Source: an uncultured Phycisphaerales bacterium
GTDB lineage: Bacteria > Planctomycetota > Phycisphaerae > Tepidisphaerales > Tepidisphaeraceae
Direction of reading: 5' to 3'
DNA length: 64,000 bases
Assembly (NCBI GenBank): GCA_963758525.1
Contig: CAVWVQ010000005.1
Location: 64,001-128,000 of the forward strand
Positions 28,890-38,331 of this stretch are shown piece after piece. The first letter of the stretch is position 1, and every line of letters starts with the position of its first letter. The translations under genes were made by a program, and so were the position numbers. The notes under the pieces were generated by a model. That model worked only from the letters and a program-made list of their open reading frames with translations, ran no database searches and was not told the origin of the DNA.

Positions 28890-29096
28890 ATGTGGAAAAC
28901 TTTTCTGATCGGTGCATCGCTTGCCGGTACGCTTCTCGTCACCGGCGGGTGCGCCACTCCAGCTTACTCCGCGGCTGAACGCAGCAAAATGATCCAACGG
29001 AATTTCGACTACAACGGCGCTCAGGCCGTGGACGATTGGGACGCTCTCTGGCTGCTTCGCCCGGCGAGTCACATGACTATCTGGGACGTGCAGTAA
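28890..29096 (+). CDS. Small lipoprotein
   Basis: Signal peptide with lipobox-like TGGC. Confidence 0.75.
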   Translation: MWKTFLIGASLAGTLLVTGGCATPAYSAAERSKMIQRNFDYNGAQAVDDWDALWLLRPASHMTIWDVQ

Positions 29097-29126
29097 CCGT
29101 TGCGTCTCAAATCAATCGCGACACAT

Positions 29127-29312
29127 CTAGGAAACCATTCGCAGATTCGCGTCAGGACGCGAGAAGGTGGGGCTGTGCGCGCGCTTCAGGTGAGCGCATT
29201 CGAGATGCGTCAGGTATTGCTTGAGTGACGCCTCATCGAACTGTGCGAGAAACCGCGGCGCGGCGGTCGGATTGTACCGGCGGATGTTATCAATCAGTTG
29301 ACGCTTGTTCAT
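29127..29312 (-). CDS. Small hypothetical protein (61 aa)
   Basis: MNKRQLIDNIRRYNPTA..FLAQFDEASLKQYL; AAGG upstream. Confidence 0.65.
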   Translation of the reverse strand: MNKRQLIDNIRRYNPTAAPRFLAQFDEASLKQYLTHLECAHLKRAHSPTFSRPDANLRMVS

Positions 29313-29446
29313 ACAAAAACTACCTTGACTGCAAGAGCTCTGTCCCGCCTGAACGGAGGAGACGGGAGCGCCGCCAGGGCGCGGTATGCTGGGGACCATC
29401 GGCCCAATGCGGCCGATAACTTGAACCCGCTTGGGCGGACTTGCGC

Positions 29447-30193
29447 ATGACTCAAATCGGGCCTGTTCCCAACGAGAACCAGACGACCTCCGGTGCCGAT
29501 CCGATGGCGCACCTGTACCACATGTCTCCGACGGCGGGCGTTGCTACGACCGATTACGCCTCGATCAACAGCGCATCGATCGCGACCATCGTCATCGGCG
29601 CTGCCAGCATTCTGGCGGTCCTCAACCCTTACATGCTGTTCATCCCGTTCGCGGGTCTGATCTGCGGCATCGTCGCCATCCGGCAGATCAGCGACAGCAA
29701 CGGCACGCAAGTGGGCAGGGGGCTGGCGTGGGGAGGATTGCTCCTGAGTCTCGGTCTGGGCGGCGGTGTAACGGCGGTGCAGACAACCAGGCTGCTCCTG
29801 CATCGCTCGGCCGAGCGCGAAATTGCCGCAAAGCTGCAGACGATCGGCCAGCAGATTCGCGACGGGCAATATGATGCGGTTTACGATCAAGCCAGTCCGC
29901 GGCTGCGAAGCCGGGTCCAGCGCGAGGACTTCGATCGTGAAGTCGCGTCGCTGAACGCGGTTCCTCAGTTGGGGAAGCTTGAGTATCTTCGATGGAATGA
30001 TGAGGCGATGGTGTTCGAGGTGAATCCCGACTCCGGCGTCGCGCAGGCGACCGCGATGGCGATGGAAAAGCTGGAGAAGCTTCCCGAGCCGGGGCGGGAA
30101 TTGTTCCTGTTTGTGAACGAATCGGGCAACTGGTCGCTGCTGGACATTCCCAGATTGATCGCGGCGCCGACGCCACGGACGAAGGGTCCGTAG
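29447..30193 (+). CDS. DUF4190-like membrane protein
   Basis: GLICGIVAIRQI...GRGLAWGG TM signature followed by a soluble domain. Confidence 0.75.
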   Translation: MTQIGPVPNENQTTSGADPMAHLYHMSPTAGVATTDYASINSASIATIVIGAASILAVLNPYMLFIPFAGLICGIVAIRQISDSNGTQVGRGLAWGGLLLSLGLGGGVTAVQTTRLLLHRSAEREIAAKLQTIGQQIRDGQYDAVYDQASPRLRSRVQREDFDREVASLNAVPQLGKLEYLRWNDEAMVFEVNPDSGVAQATAMAMEKLEKLPEPGRELFLFVNESGNWSLLDIPRLIAAPTPRTKGP

Positions 30194-30215
30194 TCATGCT
30201 ATCCGTGGCACAATC

Positions 30216-31272
30216 CTATCCGAGTTGAACGCTCTTCCCCGAGTCTGCGCTTTTGTAAATCGCATCCATCATCCGCATCAGCATCACGCCATGTGTCGGC
30301 CCGATCATCGGCTTCTCCGCGCCGGCGATGCAGCGCTTGAAGTGCCGCATCATCGCCGCGTAATGCACGATCTTTGGCAGCTTCAACGGCAGTTCCTTCG
30401 CGTGGCCCTTCTCGTCAAACTTCCGGTAGAGCATCGGGCCGCCCGGCGTGTAGATGTCGATGGCCCCTTCACTGGCGTGAACCCGGCAGACGGTTCCCCG
30501 ATGCTTCGGCGGCTGGTTGATTGCCCAGCTCGCCGCCAATTCCAGCGACCGCCCGTTCGCGAAGCGCAGCAGTGCAAAGCCGCGCTCTCGACGCCTTGGC
30601 CAGTCTCTGCGGATGCGTCGTCCCCTGTGTGCGATTTTCCCGCGATCAGATGATTCGAGGCGACCGCGAACACGCCCTGCGGCTCGGGCTGTCCCATCAG
30701 ATACCACGCTAAATCGAGCATGGGGGCCCCCAGATCGAGCAATGCACCGCCGCCGGAGCGGGCCTTGTCGGTGTACCAGCCGGTGCCGGCGGGGGTGCCG
30801 CGCATGCGCATCCAGGAAGCGCGCACATGCCGCACCTCGCCGATGTAATCCTTTGCGATCGCCTGCTGCGCCGCCTGTTCCGCTCCGCCGAATCGGCGTT
30901 GGGCCGCATAGAGAAGCGTCTTGCCCGATTTCTCCGCGGCCGCCGCCATCTTCTTTGCGTCGCCCAGCGACAGCGCCGGCGGCGTTTCGCAGAGCACATG
31001 CTTGCCTGCCTTTAGCGCCGCTATCGCGGTCGGCGCGTGCAGATCGTTGGGAAGACAGATGCTCACAACATCGATCTTCTCGTCGTCGATGATTTCGCGG
31101 GCATCGTTGCAAACCCGCGCGATGGAGAATTGCGATGCCAGCGCCGGCGCCGGGAGTTGAGCGGATCAGCCACCGCGGCAAGCTGGAACCCGCCCACCGC
31201 GCGATAGCCCTCCGCGTGCCGATGCGCGGGCCAACCTGCTCCGATCAGTCCTGCCCGAATGTTCTGGCTCAC
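30216..31272 (-). CDS. Gfo/Idh/MocA oxidoreductase; frameshifted
   Basis: IRAGLIGAGW, SICLPNDLH, GKHVLCE, GGGALLDLG over several frames. Confidence 0.85.
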
Positions 31273-31340
31273 TGAAGTTCCTCCGTGGGCCAGAGGTTAT
31301 AGGGATCGTCGCGCGAGGGTGCAAACGGGTGTTAGAGAGA

Positions 31341-31540
31341 GGCACGAAGGCACGAAGGAGGAGAGGCACGAAGGAGGAGAGGCACGAAGGCACCCGCCGC
31401 GGCGGGTAAACTGCGGCACGAAGGGAAGGAGTCGCCCGCGGCGACTGTGATGCGCTTCGCTTTGCACTCCAATCAATCCGCCGCGCAGCGTCCACCCTTC
31501 GTGCCGCAGTTTACCCGCCGCGGCGGGTGCCTCCGTGCCT
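31341..31540. repeat. GGCACGAA-octamer inverted element with internal 16-bp palindromes
   Basis: 46-bp arms 31380-31425 / 31495-31540 (1 mismatch); ACCCGCCGCGGCGGGT in each arm. Confidence 0.85.
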
Positions 31541-31597
31541 TTCCCCCGCCTTTCCCCCGCGTTCGCAATTCCTCATATGCAGAGCTATTATCACGTT

Positions 31598-32378
31598 ATG
31601 GCCGCCTTGAGCCGCGAGCAGTTTGTCCAGCAGGTCCTGAAGGTGGTGCCGGCCCGGTTTCCGCTGGTCAAACTGGCGCGTGGCGATCAGTCATTTTCGT
31701 TGCGCGTCAACGGCCATATGGTCTCTCTGGAGAACATTTACCGGGTGGTGGTGCTTCAACCCGACGATTCGAAACATCACATCGAGCGATGGATGGTCGA
31801 GTTGCTCCGCGCGGCAGAGGGCACGCCCGACCGTAATGGGTCCTTTGACGATTTGCGGCCGCGCATCCTGCCGATGCTCCTGCCCGAGTCTGCCGAGGCC
31901 GCTTATCAGCACATCGTCTGGCAGCCGCTGGTGGCCGGACTGCGCGTGGCGTATGCGATCGACAGCGATCGGACGATCGCGTACATCCCCGAGGCACACT
32001 TCGAGCAATGGAACGTGACGCGAGACGAATTGCACGAGACGGCAATCGAGAATCTCATCACTCGCAGCCAGGCGCTCGAGCGCTCATGCGGCACAAGACG
32101 AAGACGGCTCGATCAACGTCATCTTCTTCCAGACCGGCGACGGCTACGACGCGAGCCGGGTGATGCTCCCGACCCTGCACGATCGCTTGCGCGAGCATCT
32201 CGGCAGCCCCTTCGCCGCTGCGATTCCCAATCGCGATATTCTGCTCTGCTTCCGCAACGACGACGAAACCGTCTCCCGTTTGCGCGATCAGATCGCTGAC
32301 GACTATCAGCGCATGCCCCACCAGGTTTCCGATCGATTGCTGCTGGTCACGCCGGATGGGATAGCGCCGCGGGACTGA
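31598..32378 (+). CDS. DUF1444-like protein; frameshift near 32080
   Basis: VSLENIYR, RILPML, VAYAIDSD, LHETAIENL, then DGYDASR..AAIPNRDIL. Confidence 0.75.
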
Positions 32379-32507
32379 GTCCGGCGACAGGTCGCTCGGC
32401 TCCGCGCTGTCGCGACGGCGCAGCCCCCACGGATGGTGAAATGTCACTTATCTTTGGGGTGTCCGCCGTCGCGACAGCGCAGAGCCGAGCGACTTGTCGC
32501 CGGACTC
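32377..32507. repeat. Long inverted repeat between convergent genes
   Basis: 44-bp arms 32377-32420 / 32464-32507, 2 mismatches. Confidence 0.85.
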
Positions 32508-32549
32508 CGCGAGCGCGTGCTCCGTCCAGAGTCGAAAGCGCCCCGTTCT

Positions 32550-34217
32550 TCAACGCCAACCTTTTCCGTTCTTCTTCGTTCCGCACACCGCAACCCGCAT
32601 TCCCAGCGCGTGTGCCATCGCGGCTTTGGCGATCAATGCGCGGTCTGCCTCCTCGGCGCTGTTCGCGTAGGCAACCTGGATGTGATTCGACTTGTGCCGG
32701 CCCATCATCTGATCGCGCGAGACGCCATACGTCACCGCGTGCATAATCGGCCACTGCGGCGTCGTCGCGTTCCAACGCCGCTGCGTTTCTTCGATCGGCA
32801 GTTCGACAACCCCGCCGCGTCCCAGGTCCATCCGCAGCGCGTCCCCCTCCACATAAATCCGGCTCCAGATGATCTCCCCCGGCCGCGAAATCCCTTTCAG
32901 CGTTCCGCCACCGAGGCGGAAGTACATCGCCGGCTGGCGCTCGCTCGTGGCGCCGGCCCATCCGTTGATGTAATGCGCCGGTGGCGCCGCCCCGGAAATC
33001 TCGAAAACCCAGACGAAGTCCGGCACCGTTCCCGAGCGGTCCGGGTCACCCCAGCGAATGTCGTGCAGCGTATTCTCCACCGGCTGGCCCATCGCCTTGT
33101 GAACGCGATACGTCATCAGCCCATCGAGGGCCGCACATTCATCCACTTCGTTAAAATGCGGCAGCGGCTCGCCTTCATACAACACCCGGCTCCCATCGCG
33201 CGAGCGAACCGGAGGGCGGTCGGAGTTGTTCAACGTCCCCTCCGCCAGGTCCGACGCCGGCAGCAGATCTTTGAGCCCCTGCTGATACTGAATGCCGATG
33301 GCATGGCAGCCGTAGTCGTCGGCGATGCGCAGCGCGGCGACATACATCTTGCACTGCTGGTGGATCTGAGCGTCGGTCAGATCATCCGCTTCGCTGGGTC
33401 CGGTCTGAAACCGGTCGCCGCGCTCCTCCATCCAACGTCGCACGGCGGACGCTTCGTCGTCATTCACCTGCGTGGTCTCAAAATACAGAGCGGACTGGCT
33501 CAGCCGCTCCTTAAAGGCGCCGGTGGGATGCAGCAAATGGTCGGGAATAATGGCGTTGAACATGCCCATGCACCCCTCGTCAAACACGCCGAGGATTGCC
33601 TTTTCGTGCTGAAGCTGCAAAGCAACCGCCGCGCCGAGCTTGCACTCCTTGGTAGGTTTCTTCACCGCTTTCCATTTGGCGACATGCGAGGCCTTGTGAT
33701 GAATCCTTTTATCTTTCAGCCACGCCGCCAGCGAATCGCGAAAGAAGTCATCGGTGAAATCCTCGCTCCAGATGGTGGAATATTTCACGCCCGCCTTGGT
33801 GAGCGAGCCGTTGAGGTTCAGCATGCCCACCAGCCCGGGCCACGCGCCTGACCAGTTGGCGGCGGTCAGGATGGGTCCGCGGTGAGAGATCAGCCCTGCG
33901 AGAATGTTCTGTGAATATTGCCAGGCGGCCTCGGCTACGATCAGTGGTGCGCGTGGATCGAGTCCGCCGAACACCGCCATCCCCTCCTTTTGCGAGGAGA
34001 TGAAGCCGTGCTTCTCACTTTCCTTGTACGGATGCGCGCGCACGAGTTCATGACCGCACTCGGTCAGCGCCGTGCGCAGCGACTCTTCCATCTTCGCCTG
34101 TTCGGGCCAGCATTTCTGATTCGCGCTGAGGCGCAGATCGCCGCTGGCAACAAGATAGACCTGGTGTTTATGCAGACGTGGGGGCTTACGCAGCTGCGGA
34201 ATCGCATACCCGGGCAT
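32550..34217 (-). CDS. L-fucose/L-arabinose isomerase-like family protein
   Basis: ANWSGAWPGLVGMLN, FDEGCMGM, HFNEVDE, TPQWPIMH, SNHIQVAY. Confidence 0.75.
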   Translation of the reverse strand: MPGYAIPQLRKPPRLHKHQVYLVASGDLRLSANQKCWPEQAKMEESLRTALTECGHELVRAHPYKESEKHGFISSQKEGMAVFGGLDPRAPLIVAEAAWQYSQNILAGLISHRGPILTAANWSGAWPGLVGMLNLNGSLTKAGVKYSTIWSEDFTDDFFRDSLAAWLKDKRIHHKASHVAKWKAVKKPTKECKLGAAVALQLQHEKAILGVFDEGCMGMFNAIIPDHLLHPTGAFKERLSQSALYFETTQVNDDEASAVRRWMEERGDRFQTGPSEADDLTDAQIHQQCKMYVAALRIADDYGCHAIGIQYQQGLKDLLPASDLAEGTLNNSDRPPVRSRDGSRVLYEGEPLPHFNEVDECAALDGLMTYRVHKAMGQPVENTLHDIRWGDPDRSGTVPDFVWVFEISGAAPPAHYINGWAGATSERQPAMYFRLGGGTLKGISRPGEIIWSRIYVEGDALRMDLGRGGVVELPIEETQRRWNATTPQWPIMHAVTYGVSRDQMMGRHKSNHIQVAYANSAEEADRALIAKAAMAHALGMRVAVCGTKKNGKGWR

Positions 34218-34285
34218 GCAGCTCTCCAAAATGCGGGCCAATGAGTCTCGTTCCGTGGCGCAATCGTGCGGTTCGGAAATCTCGG

Positions 34286-34624
34286 CTACAGGGCCTGTTC
34301 GTTGGTTTCTCCGGTGCGGATCCGCACGACTTTCGCGACGGGATAGACAAATATTTTGCCGTCACCCACCTCGCCGCTCCGCGCGGCCTCGACGATCGCA
34401 TCGACGGCGTGCTCGACCTCTTCCGATTTGACGCAAAGCTTCAACAGCACTTTCGGCACGAATCCCACGTCAAGCTTCGCGCCGCGATATCGCTCGGTAT
34501 GCCCCATCTGCCGGCCGAATCCCTTGCATTCAACGGCGGTCACGCCAAGGATTCCCAGCTTCGCAAGGGCCGCTTTCACGGCGTCGAGTTTGTGCGGCTT
34601 AATGACCGCTTCGATCATCTGCAT
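34286..34624 (-). CDS. glnB: P-II nitrogen regulatory family protein
   Basis: 112 aa; AVIKP, KGFGRQ, YRGA, GDGKIF, RIRTGE. Confidence 0.93.
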   Translation of the reverse strand: MQMIEAVIKPHKLDAVKAALAKLGILGVTAVECKGFGRQMGHTERYRGAKLDVGFVPKVLLKLCVKSEEVEHAVDAIVEAARSGEVGDGKIFVYPVAKVVRIRTGETNEQAL

Positions 34625-34626
34625 GA

Positions 34627-35018
34627 TCAACAGACCTCGTCCAGAACGTGTTCCGCCACGTAAATCGGCACGCTCGTGGCCGCGCCCAATGCGATGGCAT
34701 CGCTCGGGCGGCTGTCGATCTTCAGAACCTCCGTGCCTTGCCGGACGTGGATGCGCCAAAGAACGTGTGCTCCTCGAGATTGTTGATTTCAATCTGCTCG
34801 ATCTGACCTCCCAGCTCCTCAATGACATTGGCCAGAAGGTCGTGTGTCAGCGGCCGGGGATGGGCGATCCCCTTGAGCCGCCGATCGATCGCGTACGCCA
34901 CATCGCTGCCGATGACGATCGGGAATTTCCGATCGCCATCGACTTCCTTCAGCACGATGATCTGCTCGTGCTGCATCTCGCTGATAATAATCTTGTGAAG
35001 TTCCATCTGCACAGACAT
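34627..35018 (-). CDS. Bifunctional nuclease family (DUF151) protein; frameshift near 34757
   Basis: IVLKE..RKFPIVIG, RPLTHDL, then IDSRPSDAIAL..PIYV. Confidence 0.88.
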
Positions 35019-35108
35019 CGCGGCAACTCCTGATGCCCAACTTTACCCTAGATGCCCTCGGAAGGGGTGTCAAGGATGGGGAAAAAGACGAAGCGTAGGA
35101 AGGGGTAG

Positions 35109-35137
35109 GAAGGCACGAAGGCACGAAGGCACGAAGG
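35109..35137 (+). repeat. GGCACGAA tandem octamer (single arm)
   Basis: AAGGCACGAAGGCACGAAGGCACGAAGG; complementary-sense arms at ~37787-37840 and ~50349-50375. Confidence 0.65.
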
Positions 35138-35347
35138 GGAGGAAAGTGCGACAGGTGAGTTGAAGACTCGACACGCGCAATGTTTCGTTGCAGCCAAACG
35201 GCGTCGCCGTGGCTTGCCCTTCGCGGGAGCGGCAGCGTCCGTCGCTTCCCAGGTGCCGCAAAGTACAGCAGCACAACGCCACCGAGCGCCTCCCATTCAT
35301 CACCGCTGGCTCCTCTCCCAGACTCTTCCCCTATACTCTCGCTCCTC

Positions 35348-36085
35348 ATGGAGCACCTCGAGGGCCGTTTATCCATTCTCGCCGCGCTGCAGGCTCGGCA
35401 GCGGAGGATCGAGGTCATTCTCATTGCTCACGGAGCCCACGTCGAGAAGTTGGAGGAGGTGATCGCCGCCGCGACCGGCCAGTCGATCGCGATCCAGCAC
35501 GTCGATCGCGCCCAGCTCGACGCGATGGCTCACGGCGCCAGCCACGGCGGAATCGTCGCGGTCTGTTCGGCAAAGCCGCGTCTGCGCAGCGCGCAGTTGA
35601 TTGAATTCGTTCAAACGCTTCGAGATCCCGCGTTGCTGCTCCTCCTGGAGGGAATCGAAGATGCCCGAAATCTCGGCTTCACCATTCGCAGCGCGGAGGC
35701 GCTGGGCGCGCATGCCGTTCTGGTCAAGAAGCACCTTTGGGATCTGGACCCGATCGAAATCGCCCGTCCATCGGCAGGGGCCTTCGAGCGGTTGCCGCTG
35801 GCACAAATAGATGAAGTCGAGACGCTCAAGACACTGCAGAAGAAAGGCCTGCAAATCGTCGGCTGCATCGCCGGCGCCAGGCGGACGATTCACGATGTCG
35901 CTCTTGCCCAACCCACGATTGTCGCCATCGGCGGAGAAAAGCGCGGTCTTTCCGGCGCCGTCCGAGAAATTTGCGACGTGTTCGCCACCATCCCAACGGT
36001 GGGTCAGGGAACGTCACTCTCGCTCTCGCACGCCGCCAGCGTCGTTCTTGGCGAAGCAATGCGACAGAGGAGGGGAGGACGGTGA
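35348..36085 (+). CDS. SpoU/TrmH-family RNA 2'-O-methyltransferase (RlmB-like)
   Basis: HGGIVA, LEGIEDARNLG, SAGA, IGGEKRGL, SLSLSHA. Confidence 0.88.
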   Translation: MEHLEGRLSILAALQARQRRIEVILIAHGAHVEKLEEVIAAATGQSIAIQHVDRAQLDAMAHGASHGGIVAVCSAKPRLRSAQLIEFVQTLRDPALLLLLEGIEDARNLGFTIRSAEALGAHAVLVKKHLWDLDPIEIARPSAGAFERLPLAQIDEVETLKTLQKKGLQIVGCIAGARRTIHDVALAQPTIVAIGGEKRGLSGAVREICDVFATIPTVGQGTSLSLSHAASVVLGEAMRQRRGGR

Positions 36086-36303
36086 TGGGTGATTGGAAAC
36101 GTCACGGGAAGACCGGTGATTGGTGATTGGAACGTGACGGGAAACTGGTGATTGGAACGTGACGGAGCGCGGATGAAACGTGCAGACGTGAACGTGAAGA
36201 ATGTGAATAATACCGCCCTTTTCACGTTGTCGCGTTTCGCCCCTGCCGTCACGTTCCAATCACCAATCACCAGTTTCCCGTCACGTTCCAATCACCAATC
36301 ACC
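36081..36303. repeat. Inverted GGTGATT-heptamer element, copy 2
   Basis: GGTGATTGGTGATTGGAACGTGAC (36115-36138) and variants on the left; GTCACGTTCCAATCACCAATCACC at 36248-36271 and 36280-36303. Confidence 0.88.
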
Positions 36304-36309
36304 CGGCCT

Positions 36310-37632
36310 TCATATCGTCACCGTTTCATCCAACGCAATCGTCGTCATCGGCCGATTTGCATTCAGATCGACTTGCAGCCGTTGCACCCCTTCGAGAATG
36401 TCATGCGCAGTGCGATAGCGGGGATTTTCAGAGTCGGTCGGGCGAAGAATCTCTTTGCGAAGGCGAAGGAGCGCTTCGGCTTCGGGGCTGCCGGACGTCC
36501 ACTGAATCAGACCTCGCAGATCGGGATTGCCGCTGGGGGCGCTGATCTGCATCGCCAGATAAAACAGATCGACGGCTTTGTCGACCTTGCCATAGCCTTC
36601 CCGCAGCACGGCGGAGGTCACCGACCCGCTTTTGGTCATACGTTCGAGCATCCGCTGAATCTGGCTGGTTCGCATCAGCTCTTCGAAGAGCGTCGAGAGA
36701 AGCGTGTTGCCGGCGATATTTTCCCCCAGGCGCACCGCCGAGCCGAAGTCGACAAAGCCGACTTCTCCGTGGCTGATGACGATGTTGTCCAGCCGCAGGT
36801 CCAGGTGAACCACGCCGGCCTTGTCGTGCAGCACGTAGAGCAGCTCGGCAAACTGCCGGGCGAATTCCATCTGAGGCAGCGCCGGACCGGAATTCCGCAG
36901 CCAGTTCATCCACAGGCGTTGCACGTAGCCGCGATGATCTTTTTCCAGGCCGAGCACGTGCGGCACGCGATGCGCATATTCCCGCGGCAGATCGCGTTCC
37001 AGCACCTTCAGCATCGCCGCTTCGCGGGTGAGGAAGAGCGGGAAGACTTTTTCGGTGAAGTTCAGTGCGCGCCGTTCGATCACGGCAAAGGGGAGGTCGG
37101 TGAAACGCGCTCGCAGCCGGCCGATCACGCGCTCGAGGCTTGGGATCTCCTTCATCACCACAAACCCGCCGCCATGCGAGTGGCGCGGCACGAGCTGCAC
37201 GTGGTAGGTGAATCGCTCGGAGATTTCGCGCGGCCGGATAATGAAGACTTTGCGGGCAACGAAACACCACGCCCGCGGCGACCAACCCGGGAACCGAATG
37301 CCCCAGCGCCTGAGCCGAAGCGGCTCTGCCTTGTGGAGGGGCAGGAATCCGCGCTGGCGAAACCGCTCGTGCAGCGATTCGACGCGCTCGCGATCGCGGG
37401 AAAGGTACACGAACTGACCGCCCCAGCGAAGCTGCCCGAAGACGCTGTCCGGATCGTGCGGTTCTTCCTCCACCGCGAACAGAAAATCCACCTGATCGCT
37501 CGGCTCGCTGCTCGCGTCGGCGCCGAACCGCTCGTATTCCTCATCGCCGGCAAACAGCGTCTCCAGCGCAGCCGCGATGAGCTTGCGGCGCTTCTTGACG
37601 CTTTGGCGCTGGCCGTCGCGTGATGCGGACAT
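36310..37632 (-). CDS. Protein-kinase-like protein with N-terminal extra domain
   Basis: VVMKE, REAAMLK, VVHLDLRLDNIV, FVDFGSA, DLFYLA. Confidence 0.7.
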   Translation of the reverse strand: MSASRDGQRQSVKKRRKLIAAALETLFAGDEEYERFGADASSEPSDQVDFLFAVEEEPHDPDSVFGQLRWGGQFVYLSRDRERVESLHERFRQRGFLPLHKAEPLRLRRWGIRFPGWSPRAWCFVARKVFIIRPREISERFTYHVQLVPRHSHGGGFVVMKEIPSLERVIGRLRARFTDLPFAVIERRALNFTEKVFPLFLTREAAMLKVLERDLPREYAHRVPHVLGLEKDHRGYVQRLWMNWLRNSGPALPQMEFARQFAELLYVLHDKAGVVHLDLRLDNIVISHGEVGFVDFGSAVRLGENIAGNTLLSTLFEELMRTSQIQRMLERMTKSGSVTSAVLREGYGKVDKAVDLFYLAMQISAPSGNPDLRGLIQWTSGSPEAEALLRLRKEILRPTDSENPRYRTAHDILEGVQRLQVDLNANRPMTTIALDETVTI

Positions 37633-37848
37633 CTGGTCGGAAGTCTCTCGATTCCTCGTAGGCTGCTGCGGCGTCACTGACAACAACTCTCCATCATCGG
37701 GGCTGAAAATCGGAATGGCGACACACAGCAACTGGACGCGCTTCGCTTCGCGGCGCGGCTAACCAGGTGCCGGAGCGTGCCTCGTCCCTCCGTGCCTTTG
37801 TCCCTCTGTCCCTTCGTGCCTCCGTGCCTCCGTGCCTTCCCCATTACT

Positions 37849-38331
37849 TTACCCCATCCAGCCATGCGTGCATTCCAAAATATCGATTAATTCCCTCGCC
37901 GTCCTCAGCAATGTTTCGCGAGCGGAAAAGCCTCGAATTTCGTGTCCCGTGGCGGCGTCCGAATAAATTCCGATGTCGGTGTCATCGATCAACGTCCGGT
38001 AGTCCAGCGTCAGTTCGTCGCCCGTTGATATATCCTGCCGCGCCAGCACCATCCCGCAATGACACAGGAGGTTTGGCGTAAACGAGTGGTTCAAAAAGGT
38101 ATACGGCTCATGCGCGTTGCCGTGCGTGAAAAATTTGCCCGCATGACGCGTTGCGGTCCGGATGATCGCGCGGTCGTCACGTCTGATCGCGTCGAGAAAT
38201 TCCGCCTCGGTGATGATCGCCGCGCCGGTCGTGAAAAAGCAAATGATCTTCGCCTTTGGGATTGCCTCGGCTGCGAAGAGCCCTTTGCCGAAGATACCTG
38301 ATTCGCGCACTTGCGTCGCCGCAAACATCAC
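37849..38331 (-). CDS. SET-domain protein-lysine methyltransferase
   Basis: GKGLFA, FLNHSFTPN, GDELTLDY. Confidence 0.88.
   Translation of the reverse strand: MMFAATQVRESGIFGKGLFAAEAIPKAKIICFFTTGAAIITEAEFLDAIRRDDRAIIRTATRHAGKFFTHGNAHEPYTFLNHSFTPNLLCHCGMVLARQDISTGDELTLDYRTLIDDTDIGIYSDAATGHEIRGFSARETLLRTARELIDILECTHGWMG

Noticed and set aside
32433..33851. 472-aa plus-strand ORF
   Set aside because: Antisense shadow of the isomerase-like gene; no motifs
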